64,000 bases of DNA. Origin: a virus. Both the position numbers and the translations under genes were made by a program. The stretch lies in the IMG/VR virus record IMGVR_UViG_3300044691_000274, positions 39,538 through 103,537 of that record; one strand, given 5' to 3'. The number at the start of each line of letters is the position of its first letter. The stretch's first letter is position 1. Shown one piece after another: positions 19,802-28,358 of the stretch. The notes below the pieces were generated by a model. That model saw only the letters and a list, made by a program, of their open reading frames with translations. It had not been told where the DNA came from and did no database searches.

Positions 19802-20263
19802 GTGTACCAAGTGCGAGAGGCGGACGGCAAGAACGCTCTAACCAGGATGATCCTGCGCGACCTCCACGAGGAGGTGTTTGGGGACTCGGCGCCCCAGGTG
19901 GTGACGGAGGAGGGCTGGTGGTGGCTCGCATGGTCTGGAAAGACACCTGTCGGATTTGCTGGGCTGCGGCTCGCCGCCGCGACGCCGGGCACAGCGTACC
20001 TGAACCGTTCCGGTGTTTTGCTTGCTCACCGTGGGCATGGGCTGCAACAGAGGTTCATCCGACTCCGGGAGCGGAAGGCGATCAAGCTGGGCCTAAACCG
20101 GATGATCTCGGACACAAGCGCCAACAATCCCTCAGCGAACTCATTGATACGTGAGGGCTACCAGCTGTTCGACCCAGACTGGAAATGGGCCTTCGGCTAT
20201 TCACTGTATTGGCAGAAGGCGTTGACCATAGATGGCCGCGCCGACTGCCGGGTGAGTAGTTAA
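19802..20263 (+). CDS. GNAT family acetyltransferase
   Basis: 'PVGFAG', acetyl-CoA motif 'V...HRGHGLQ', 'N.PSANSL...GY'. Confidence 0.85.
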   Translation: MYQVREADGKNALTRMILRDLHEEVFGDSAPQVVTEEGWWWLAWSGKTPVGFAGLRLAAATPGTAYLNRSGVLLAHRGHGLQQRFIRLRERKAIKLGLNRMISDTSANNPSANSLIREGYQLFDPDWKWAFGYSLYWQKALTIDGRADCRVSS

Positions 20264-20305
20264 CTGCAATTTCCCCTTGACTCCTGCCCGCACCAGAGTC
20301 ATCGG
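20255..20305 (+). promoter_or_regulatory. Degenerate TGCA box + 8 nt + TTGACT (-35) promoter
   Basis: AGTAGTTAACTGCA 20255-20268, TTGACT at 20277; extended SD CAGGAGGT downstream. Confidence 0.6.
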
Positions 20306-20332
20306 TACGGGACCCGCAAACAGGAGGTTTCG

Positions 20333-20473
20333 GTGAGCCTCAGACACGTCGTTGTAATCACGCTGGGCACGGTCGGCGCTTATGCCGTAAGCAGCGGCAA
20401 CTTGCTGGCCTTCGGGTTGGTTTTGGTGGTCGCAGCCCTGTCCGGCTATTTTTCGAAAGATTTGGGGCTCTGA
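20333..20473 (+). CDS. Small (46 aa) hydrophobic membrane protein
   Basis: Strong RBS CAGGAGG, GTG start, 'VVVITLGTVGAYAV...LLAFGLVLVVAALSGYF', TGATG coupling to the ATPase. Confidence 0.6.
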   Translation: MSLRHVVVITLGTVGAYAVSSGNLLAFGLVLVVAALSGYFSKDLGL

Positions 20474-21708
20474 TGCTCAAGCTTGCCATCGCCGCGCACC
20501 TGCCCCTCGTGGCAGTTGCGACCCGTGACACGATCAACCTGGCTGCGGTCATCAAGAACCTGACCAAGAAAGAAATCGAGCCCTTCCCGATGAAGGCGAC
20601 CGAGTTCAAGAAGCACGTGGTCTACTTTTTCGTCTTCTATCCGGACAAGAAGGTCTCGCTGGAATACGAGATGATCTACAGCCAAATGACCAGCGCCGAG
20701 AGCACCCTGCTGCTCGTGAACCCGCCGAGGATTTACGACATCATGTTCAATGCCGGCGAGGTGCCCGTCCCGCGCCCGCTGGTCCAGGAGTTCCTCCAGG
20801 TGGTAGTGACGGACAAGAAGACGGCTGATGCCCTCACACGGGGCCTCGGTGGCTGCACAATCAAGGAGACGGCCGAACTCTGCGGGCTCACCATGGCGCG
20901 CGACGGCAGCCTCACGGTGCCCGGCCTGATGCTCACCCGCAAGGAGTCCTTCGCCGGGCAGCAGGGGCTCACCCAAATTGACACGAAACAGGCATTTTAC
21001 CAGCCGCCGGCAGAGCTTGCGGAGTGGGTCTCCAAGGAGCGCCACGCATTCCTCACCGCCGAGGACGTGCGGCTGCGGGCGAGGGGCCTGGTCCTGGACG
21101 GCGATCCCGGTGTCGGCAAGACGTCGGGCGCCAAGTGGATGGCCGAGCAGTTCGGGGTGCCGCTGTTCCGGCTCGACCTGGCCGGCACCAAGAACAAATA
21201 CATCGGCGACAGCGAGCGCAATCTACAGTCCCATCTGAGCCGGGCTGATCAGGAAGAGCCGTGCATGTTGCTGATCGACGAGGTCGAGAAGATCATGGGC
21301 TCATCCGTGGACGACAAGTCGGGGGTCACGACCAGCATGCTCTCCCAGCTGCTCTGGTGGCTCGCTGAGCACAAGTCTCGGGTGCTGATCATCATGACCA
21401 CGAACGACCGGAAGGTGCTGCCTCCGGAGCTATATCGCGAGGGCCGCGTCGACAAGGTGATGGTGTTCGAGGGCCTTGAGTCAGGCCCAGCCATGGACTT
21501 CATCGACAGCGTGCTGAAGACCTTCCCCAAGCTCAAATATACGACGCCCGACGTCGCTGCGCTGCACGAAAAGGTTTTCGGCAAGAGCTGGGTCGTGCCC
21601 GGCGGCACAACTAAGAAAGTATCCCAATCTGCCCTGACAACAGCCGTATATGGTTGGGTCAAGGCTAACCAGACTCCCGGTCCGCACTTGCAAGTAATTG
21701 CAAAATAG
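20473..21708 (+). CDS. AAA+ ATPase (Ycf46/SpoVK-like)
   Basis: Walker A 'GDPGVGKT', Walker B 'LLIDEVEK', SRH 'TTN...LPPELYREGRVD'. Confidence 0.9.
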   Translation: MLKLAIAAHLPLVAVATRDTINLAAVIKNLTKKEIEPFPMKATEFKKHVVYFFVFYPDKKVSLEYEMIYSQMTSAESTLLLVNPPRIYDIMFNAGEVPVPRPLVQEFLQVVVTDKKTADALTRGLGGCTIKETAELCGLTMARDGSLTVPGLMLTRKESFAGQQGLTQIDTKQAFYQPPAELAEWVSKERHAFLTAEDVRLRARGLVLDGDPGVGKTSGAKWMAEQFGVPLFRLDLAGTKNKYIGDSERNLQSHLSRADQEEPCMLLIDEVEKIMGSSVDDKSGVTTSMLSQLLWWLAEHKSRVLIIMTTNDRKVLPPELYREGRVDKVMVFEGLESGPAMDFIDSVLKTFPKLKYTTPDVAALHEKVFGKSWVVPGGTTKKVSQSALTTAVYGWVKANQTPGPHLQVIAK

Positions 21709-21757
21709 CGCACAGGACGAGTGTAGCGAAAGTCCAAGTCTGAGCAAGGAGGCTCTA

Positions 21758-22546
21758 ATGGCAAAAAAGGCAGTTAAGGCAGTGATCGACCCGGCCAGCT
21801 TCACGCTGATGTCGGGGACCAGCAGCAAGGGGACCTATCTCCCGTTCGCGCGCAAGGGCGACATCCTTCTCGGCGTCAAGCCGGAGGGTGCAGTTAACGG
21901 CGGCACCATGGGAGTTCCACACACCGTCTATTTCTGCGCTCGCCTGCGCGCGGCGCCGAACAACGGACTGCTCGATCAGGCAGCAGAGGGCAACGTTGTC
22001 ACGCTCAAGCCCAAGGCGACCGGCAAGCCAGGCGATGCCTTCGGCGGCATCGAATGGGACAACGACGGCACCTCGCGCGCGTCGACCACGGTCGGAGCGT
22101 TCATCCCCGGCGACTTCAGCGTCAGCAACGAGAAGCTGCTCGCGGAGCTGAAGGAGGGCCTGGCCAACAGCGCCATGACGATCAAGATGGCTGACTACCT
22201 GCTCTCGCTCGCGGGGTCCGCCGACCTTCTCCACACGAAGGAGGAAATCGTCGCCTGGCTCGACAGCGTCTATGACCCGCAGATCAACGCGGTGTTCGAG
22301 GGCATCAGCAAGCAGCTGGAGGTCCAGGCGGCCATGACCGCATCGGTTGGCGCCTTCGGCATCCAATCGGCCCTGCTCAAGAAAATATACGCCGAGAAGA
22401 AGGCGGCAAAGGGCGAGCCGGGGCTGGAGGAGGAGCAAATTCTCGAAGACCACTCGGACGACATGGACGCCGAGATGAACGGAGACGACAGTGAATACGC
22501 CGTCGACGACAGTGGATACGCCGTCGACCCGCAAGACGGGGAGTGA
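21758..22546 (+). CDS. Hypothetical protein with acidic C-terminal tail
   Basis: RBS AAGGAGG before ATG 21758; phage-like codon usage. Confidence 0.7.
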   Translation: MAKKAVKAVIDPASFTLMSGTSSKGTYLPFARKGDILLGVKPEGAVNGGTMGVPHTVYFCARLRAAPNNGLLDQAAEGNVVTLKPKATGKPGDAFGGIEWDNDGTSRASTTVGAFIPGDFSVSNEKLLAELKEGLANSAMTIKMADYLLSLAGSADLLHTKEEIVAWLDSVYDPQINAVFEGISKQLEVQAAMTASVGAFGIQSALLKKIYAEKKAAKGEPGLEEEQILEDHSDDMDAEMNGDDSEYAVDDSGYAVDPQDGE

Positions 22547-22586
22547 GATCAAGCCCGAAGGACCGCGCGTGGTCTGAGGTGGGTTA

Positions 22587-22688
22587 GGGGTCCCGTTCAT
22601 GGAGGGGATTGTTCCCGAGGGTGTTGCCCGTTTGCAAGCGGGACCTCGGTGCCCCATTGAAGTGGGCGGGACCCCGCCGGTATTTTTG
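22587..22688 (+). promoter_or_regulatory. Long imperfect hairpin + T-tract in the leader of the replication initiator
   Basis: GGGGTCCCG/CGGGACCCC, TTCA/TGAA, CCGAGG/CCTCGG and CCCGTTT/AAGCGGG nested stems, followed by TATTTTT. Confidence 0.55.
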
Positions 22689-22697
22689 AAAGAGCCC

Positions 22698-23726
22698 GTG
22701 TCGATTGACCCTGCCGTAAAAAAGCAACCGCTCGCCCGCTGCATAGAGGCAACCAAGACTCTGGCTGCGGGCATTTTGCTTTACCGGGTCTGGCAATTCG
22801 CCCAGTGGAAGGGCATCGAGCGTGGTGGCCACGAGTGGAGCGTCAACGCAATGGAGCGGTGGCAGTTCGAGACCGGGCTGACACCAAAGCAGATGCGCGG
22901 CGCCTTCGACGAGCTACGCGAACGGAACCTAATCGTCACGGAGAGGCACGTGTTCAAGAACGTGATCCACGTGTTCGCGCGCCTCGTGCATTCTGCCCCC
23001 AAGGGCGAAATCCATTTTGCCCCAGAGGGCATAATCAGTTCTGCCCCAGAGGGCACAATCGAAGTTGCCCCGTGCGGCACAATCGGTTCTGCCCCAGAGG
23101 GCGAAATCATGTGTAAAGAAGAGCTGGAACTTGAGCTGGAACTAGAACTGAAATTGGGCGGAGCAAAGTCCGCCAATGTACCGGGTGAAGAAAAAGAGGA
23201 AACGGAAGAGATGTTGAAATTGAAAAGTCTGAGTGAGTTGATAGTGTTGACGGGAGCTGAGAAAGCATCCGCTCTACTGCATAAGCCCGTGAAGGATGAG
23301 AAAGTCTCTCTAGCGTGGAAGCATGGGTGGGCAAAAGCATATCCGGGGATGTTCTCTGGCCTCAGCGGCAAGGAGCTGGGCCAACTCCGGAACTTTGAAA
23401 AGGGGTGCCCCGCCGGCACCGCGCCCGCGATCCTCCTCTGGGTGCTTTCCGACTGGATCACGGTCGCGAAGAGCGCGGTGGAAATGAAGGGCAGCAAGGC
23501 GACACCAACTATGCCGGACGTCGGTTTTCTCTTGTATCACCGGCCACAGATCGTTATGTTATTTCAATCCAAGAAAGAGCCCGAAGTGCAAGAGGCGCCA
23601 GAGGCTATTATCGCGGCGGAGCAAGTGCAAGTAACTGCAATTCAACCGACCCCAGTCGAGCCGGAGCCCGCCTCCAAGAAACTGACTTGGGAAGAGCTGT
23701 CGGCCATCATCGACAAGGATGACTAA
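22698..23726 (+). CDS. Replication initiator (lambda O-like, N-terminal winged HTH); start uncertain (22599 or 22698)
   Basis: 'WQFETGLTPKQMRGAFDELRERNLI' wHTH; internal iteron array; upstream of DnaC/DnaB. Confidence 0.75.
   Translation: MSIDPAVKKQPLARCIEATKTLAAGILLYRVWQFAQWKGIERGGHEWSVNAMERWQFETGLTPKQMRGAFDELRERNLIVTERHVFKNVIHVFARLVHSAPKGEIHFAPEGIISSAPEGTIEVAPCGTIGSAPEGEIMCKEELELELELELKLGGAKSANVPGEEKEETEEMLKLKSLSELIVLTGAEKASALLHKPVKDEKVSLAWKHGWAKAYPGMFSGLSGKELGQLRNFEKGCPAGTAPAILLWVLSDWITVAKSAVEMKGSKATPTMPDVGFLLYHRPQIVMLFQSKKEPEVQEAPEAIIAAEQVQVTAIQPTPVEPEPASKKLTWEELSAIIDKDD
22989..23108. repeat. Five 24-bp iterons: putative replication origin
   Basis: CATTCTGCCCCCAAGGGCGAAATC, CATTTTGCCCCAGAGGGCATAATC, AGTTCTGCCCCAGAGGGCACAATC, GAAGTTGCCCCGTGCGGCACAATC, GGTTCTGCCCCAGAGGGCGAAATC; followed by a purine/A-rich tract. 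Confidence 0.85.
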
Positions 23727-24290
23727 ATGTTGACCGACCCGTACGCCACCGGGGTCCTGGACAAAGAAATCCACGGCCGCCTCGTTCAGAACCTTGAGCA
23801 CTATGCCAAGGACGCCGGCATCATGCCCTTCTGGGTCTGGACGAAGCTTTCCGACACCTGCGGGCCTGACGAACTCGACTACGCGCGGCAGTTCAACATC
23901 CACCGCGCCAAGGGCCTGACTCAGGGGCTCTGCTATCTCCGCGCCACCACCAAGGCCGATCCGGTCGACCATATGTTCGCGCTGGCGGGCGCGCTGGTGC
24001 GGAACTTCATCCGCGCGCGGGTGATGACGCTCTCCAAGGTCATCGAGCACATCAACGGGGGCGGCGTAGACGCCACGGCGCTCCTGATCCCAAACTTCTG
24101 CCTGAGCAAGCAAGAGGGTGGCAACATCCACCAGTGGCAAGCCCAGGTGATGAACGACCTGCTGATGCAGCGCGCGCAGGAGGGGAACCAAACGATCCTC
24201 TACGCGACCTCGCTGGACGACATCAAGAACGCCTACGGACTCGTGACCCAACAGCTGGTCAAGACCCGCTTCCTCAAGATCGAGATTTGA
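23727..24290 (+). CDS. DnaC/IstB-like helicase loader with degenerate ATPase motifs
   Basis: Between initiator and DnaB; 'AGI', 'ALAGAL', 'LLIPNF', 'DLLMQR...TIL' follow the DnaC layout but lack GxxGxGKT and DD. Confidence 0.55.
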   Translation: MLTDPYATGVLDKEIHGRLVQNLEHYAKDAGIMPFWVWTKLSDTCGPDELDYARQFNIHRAKGLTQGLCYLRATTKADPVDHMFALAGALVRNFIRARVMTLSKVIEHINGGGVDATALLIPNFCLSKQEGGNIHQWQAQVMNDLLMQRAQEGNQTILYATSLDDIKNAYGLVTQQLVKTRFLKIEI

Positions 24291-24294
24291 TCGC

Positions 24295-25569
24295 ATGACC
24301 GTCGGCAAAGACTTCCTGGCGGCCGTCGCTGCCAAAGGCACCATCTCGGACATCCTGCAACAAGGCCCGATCACCCATCTGTTCACTGGGACCGAGGTCG
24401 AGGTCTGGAAGTTCGTCCACGAGTTCGTGAAGAAATACGGCTCTTTCCCAACCCCGGAGACGATCCAGGCGCACACGTCGATCGAGCTGCCGACGGTCTC
24501 CGAGCCGCCGGCCTATTACCGCGATCTGATGGAGACACGCTACGTCGAGATGTCCCTGAAGACCGCGATGAAGACAGCCTCCGAAGCTCTGCAGCCTGGC
24601 GCGGCGGGCGCGTCGGCAGCGCTGGGCGGCATGACGGAGACCATCCTCAAGCTGCTGCGTACGCAGAACGGAGCCTCTATCGCCGACTTGCGCGACGCCC
24701 TCGACCTGCTCATGCCCGCATACAAGCAGCAGAGCACTGGCGCCGGGGGCGAGGCCCTCATGCTCGGCTGGCCGTACCTCGACGAAATGACCGGTGGGCT
24801 GCGCAAGGGGGATTTGGTTTCGTTCATCGGGCGCCCCGCGCTGGGCAAGACCTGGCAGATGCTCTTCGGCGCGCTCTACGGCTGGCTGACGGCCGAGGCG
24901 AACCCGGAGCACCCAGGCGTGTCCCGGATGTTCGTCAGCATGGAAATGAACGTGCTGCCAGTCGAGCAGCGGCTGGCCTCCATGGTTTTCGCGACCCCTT
25001 TCGACAAGATCAAAAAAGCCCAGCTGTCGACCGCCTTCCCGGACAACCTGACCAAATTCACGAAGAACCTGAAGACGCTGAAGGGCTTCAAGAAGCCGTT
25101 TTGGATCGTGGACGGCAACCTCACCTCGACGGTCGACGACATCCTCATCCTGGTCCGCCAGCTGAAACCGGATGCGATCTTTATCGACGGAGCCTATTTG
25201 CTGCAACACCCGAAGGCCCAGGACCGCTATAAGCGGGTGGCCGAGAACGTTGACCTGCTGAAGCGGGACATAGCCGCTGAGGCGCCCTGTGTGTGCTCCT
25301 GGCAGTTTAACCGGGACGCGACCAAAAAGAAGGGGGGCGACGAGGCCGGCCTGGAAGACATCGGCTATACGGACGCCATCCCGCAGCACAGCGCGCTCGT
25401 GCTTGGCCTGTTCGAGTCCGACTCGGTCGAGACCCTCAAGCACCGCCGGATCAAGGTCCTCAAGGGGCGCTCCGGCGAGACCGGGCAGTTCATGGTCAAG
25501 TTCGACTTCGACCACATGGATTTCAGCCAATACGTGCAGAAAAGCGTCGAGGAGCTGCATATCGATTAG
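24295..25569 (+). CDS. dnaB: DnaB-like replicative helicase
   Basis: 'LDEMTGGLRKGDL..FIGRPALGKT', 'FVSMEM', 'IFIDGAYLL', 'QFNR', 'KGRSGE'. Confidence 0.93.
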   Translation: MTVGKDFLAAVAAKGTISDILQQGPITHLFTGTEVEVWKFVHEFVKKYGSFPTPETIQAHTSIELPTVSEPPAYYRDLMETRYVEMSLKTAMKTASEALQPGAAGASAALGGMTETILKLLRTQNGASIADLRDALDLLMPAYKQQSTGAGGEALMLGWPYLDEMTGGLRKGDLVSFIGRPALGKTWQMLFGALYGWLTAEANPEHPGVSRMFVSMEMNVLPVEQRLASMVFATPFDKIKKAQLSTAFPDNLTKFTKNLKTLKGFKKPFWIVDGNLTSTVDDILILVRQLKPDAIFIDGAYLLQHPKAQDRYKRVAENVDLLKRDIAAEAPCVCSWQFNRDATKKKGGDEAGLEDIGYTDAIPQHSALVLGLFESDSVETLKHRRIKVLKGRSGETGQFMVKFDFDHMDFSQYVQKSVEELHID

Positions 25570-25579
25570 CCATGCCAAG

Positions 25580-25617
25580 TGCAGTTATTTGCAATCGGCG
25601 CGGGAGTGAGCTATGCA
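25580..25617 (+). promoter_or_regulatory. TGCA box overlapping a sigma70-like promoter
   Basis: TTGCAA(25589)-17 nt-TATGCA with GC preceding the -10. Confidence 0.6.
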
Positions 25618-25647
25618 ATCAACGTCATCCAGAAACAGGAGGTTTCG

Positions 25648-26097
25648 GTGGGCCTAATTACGATCCCAAAAAAGGTTCTGATCGCCGTCGATAGCTCGGT
25701 CAGCGAGATCGCGGCAGAGATCGACGCATTCGGTGAAGCGTCCGAGGCGGCAGCGCCGATCCTCGCCCAGATTGCAGCGCTCCAACTCAAGCTCGCGCCG
25801 CTCGGCATCACCAAGAAGAAGCTCGAAGAAAAGCTGGCGAAGCTGGGCCTCGACGACGACGTCAAAGACCACGTCGAGCGCGGCGCCTCCTACGAGGCCA
25901 CGATCGGCAAGAAGGGATCGTCCCGCGACATTGTGAGCATGGACGCGGTTAAAAAAGCCATGGGACCGACGCTGTTCATGCAGCTGGCCACGGTCAAGCT
26001 CGGGGACATGGACAAATACATGACACCCCCGCAGCTGGAGGCGCTGCTTACGACCACCCGCACCAAGCACTCCGTCACCGTGACGAAGCGTGGCTAA
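25648..26097 (+). CDS. Hypothetical protein
   Basis: RBS CAGGAGG + GTG; coiled-coil N-terminal half. Confidence 0.7.
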   Translation: MGLITIPKKVLIAVDSSVSEIAAEIDAFGEASEAAAPILAQIAALQLKLAPLGITKKKLEEKLAKLGLDDDVKDHVERGASYEATIGKKGSSRDIVSMDAVKKAMGPTLFMQLATVKLGDMDKYMTPPQLEALLTTTRTKHSVTVTKRG

Positions 26098-27289
26098 ATT
26101 GCTCGATGGTCCGCCGGTTGGCCTGCCTCCATGGGTTCTGAATAAAGACGAACCGATCGTCTGGGAGTTCGTGGACCTGGGGGTGCCGGGGTCAGACCAC
26201 ACGCACGTCGATATCAAGGTCGGGGAGTACATGTTTACCCACGCGAGTTGGGAGGGTGAGAACCTGGCCAAGAACATGGCCGCCAACAAGCTAGGGGTCC
26301 ACGTTTCAGAAGTTGAGATGACCGACCATAAATTCGTCGCCAAAGACCAGATGCACACGTTCACTTTCAAAAAAACGAAGGTTCCTCCACAGGACTGGAC
26401 TCAGGTTGGCCACAACCACATCGCCGTCAAGATCGAGTATGGCCTCAAGCATCCGGCGCATGGCCAAGCCGTAAACGATGCGTTTGCGCTCGCGGCCAAG
26501 CACCTGGGCGTTCCCGCTGCTGCCCTCAACGTGACTGATGCCGGGACCGATTACACCAGCAAGCAGCATGTGCTGCATTTCACCGTGAAAGGAAAGCAGG
26601 CCGTGAAGTTCATGAAGAAAAAAGAGGACCTGCCGACGCAAGATGACGGGACTCTGGTTATGACCGGTCCAATCACGGTCCTCAACACGGACGGCGGGTC
26701 GAACCTGATGAAGGAAGTCGGCGCCTTCGCATGGACCGCAGTCATCCCCGGCGGCCGGGTCCGCACGCGGTCGGTCGCGGTGGGGGACGTCACGAACAAT
26801 CAGATGGAGCTGCGCGCGGTCATCGACGCGCTGGAAGAGCTGGAGATCGGGTCCGAAATCCACCTCCGCGCCGACAGCGAATACGTCCTGAAGGGGATGC
26901 AGTATTGGGGCCGCAGCTGGCGCGCCAATGGCTGGAAGACCAAGGACGGCAACCCGATCAAGAACAAAGACTTGTGGGAGCGCCTGCTCGGACTCAAGGA
27001 CCTGCACCGCATCACCTATGAGCACGTCGACGGCCACACGGGCGACACGGGCAACGAGATGGTCGACAGCTTCTGCACCCAGGCGATCGCGGCCGGGGTT
27101 TACGAGGGCCTGGAGACGGGCGACGAGCATGTGGTGAAAGACATCGACATCACCGAGACGGGCTCCAACCAACTCACGACTGAAGAGCTGCTCAAGAAGA
27201 AGAAAAAGAAGCCGAAGCCTGGGCTCATGCCAACCGATGACTTCAACGACCTGTGGGGGATCACACCAGCCGAAGGTCCCGGCGCGTGA
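26090..27289 (+). CDS. rnhA: Ribonuclease HI with a duplicated N-terminal domain
   Basis: 'NTDGGS', 'TNNQMELRAVI', 'DSEYV', 'W..NGWKT..G.PIKNKDLW', 'HV.GH.G..GNE.VD'. Confidence 0.92.
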   Translation: MAKLLDGPPVGLPPWVLNKDEPIVWEFVDLGVPGSDHTHVDIKVGEYMFTHASWEGENLAKNMAANKLGVHVSEVEMTDHKFVAKDQMHTFTFKKTKVPPQDWTQVGHNHIAVKIEYGLKHPAHGQAVNDAFALAAKHLGVPAAALNVTDAGTDYTSKQHVLHFTVKGKQAVKFMKKKEDLPTQDDGTLVMTGPITVLNTDGGSNLMKEVGAFAWTAVIPGGRVRTRSVAVGDVTNNQMELRAVIDALEELEIGSEIHLRADSEYVLKGMQYWGRSWRANGWKTKDGNPIKNKDLWERLLGLKDLHRITYEHVDGHTGDTGNEMVDSFCTQAIAAGVYEGLETGDEHVVKDIDITETGSNQLTTEELLKKKKKKPKPGLMPTDDFNDLWGITPAEGPGA

Positions 27290-28263
27290 AGCCGGAGAAG
27301 ATCACCGAGTTCCTGACGATCGTCGGGATCAAGAACGCCAACCGTTATAAGCGGACTGGCTGGGTGGTCTCGCAATGCCCCCTCGGGCCGTGGAACCATG
27401 AGAACGGCAAGTCGGGGCTGGAGGTGTTCGGGGTCCAGATCGAGTCCGGCGACCCGAAGTGCAACTGCTTCGCCTGCGGCTTCCACGGCACGCTCGGCAG
27501 CCTCGTCCAGCGCATGTTCGGCCTGAACAAGATCAACCCCAAGATGGAAGCCAAGTGGGGCGACGCGCGCGCCATCACCGAGGCGGCCGACGCCGAGTTC
27601 GAGCTGGACCTGGACATTCCGGGGATCGAGGAAGTCCTGGCCGGCAACATGAAGCCGCTGCACGAATTCCCCTCATGGTGGCTTGACACCTTCCCGCCGG
27701 CTCTCGGGTCCGCTGACGCGTGCAACTACCTGCAAAAGCGAGACGTCGCCCCGATCGTATCCAAGATGCTGGACCTTCGCTGGGACCCTAACCAGCGGCG
27801 CATTTGCTTCCCGGTCCGCGACTTCAAGGGGCGCCTGGTCGGGCTGCACGGGCGCGCGATCGACGAAGAGGCAGACCTTCGCTACAGGATGTACCTTCAA
27901 GCGAAAAAGAACAATCCAATCGCCTGGCTCGGGGAGTCGTGGGTCAACCTTGACATGCCGATCGTGGTCGTGGAGGGGCCGTTCGACCTGGCGGCGGTCC
28001 TCGGGGTCTACAGCAACGCCACATCCCCGCTGTTCGCCACCCCGTCCTACGAGAAGCTCCGCCGGATGTCCGACGCCCAGACATGGATCACGTTCTTTGA
28101 CCGGGGCGCGGGCGGTGACTCCGGCCGGGAGCGCGTCAACAAAGCGCTGAGCAAAAAGACGCACCTGATCCATCACTTGCACCCGCCCAAAGGAAAGAAG
28201 GACCCCGGAGCGATGAGTAACCAAGAACTGCAAGACATTCTCTTTCCAGTTCTCGGCCTTTAG
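27286..28263 (+). CDS. DNA primase (Zn finger + TOPRIM)
   Basis: 'CPL..WNH...CNCFACG', 'FPVRD..G.LVG..GR', 'VVEGPFD', 'FFD...GD', 'KDPG'. Confidence 0.9.
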   Translation: MKPEKITEFLTIVGIKNANRYKRTGWVVSQCPLGPWNHENGKSGLEVFGVQIESGDPKCNCFACGFHGTLGSLVQRMFGLNKINPKMEAKWGDARAITEAADAEFELDLDIPGIEEVLAGNMKPLHEFPSWWLDTFPPALGSADACNYLQKRDVAPIVSKMLDLRWDPNQRRICFPVRDFKGRLVGLHGRAIDEEADLRYRMYLQAKKNNPIAWLGESWVNLDMPIVVVEGPFDLAAVLGVYSNATSPLFATPSYEKLRRMSDAQTWITFFDRGAGGDSGRERVNKALSKKTHLIHHLHPPKGKKDPGAMSNQELQDILFPVLGL

Positions 28264-28265
28264 GG

Positions 28266-28315
28266 TGAAATTGACTGCATTAACCGTTGCAATTAATGTC
28301 ACCGTGAGCTAGTGT
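28266..28315 (+). promoter_or_regulatory. Two degenerate TGCA boxes and a promoter upstream of the SSB gene
   Basis: TGAAATTGACTGCA and TGCAATTAATGTCA; TTGCAA(28287)-17 nt-TAGTGT. Confidence 0.55.
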
Positions 28316-28358
28316 TTGAATTGACCTGACGGTCCACATGAAACCATAGGAGGCCCTC

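Noticed and set aside
23118-23153. ELELELELEL repeat as a functional protein motif
   Set aside because: More simply the purine-rich tract next to the iterons, as in lambdoid initiator genes
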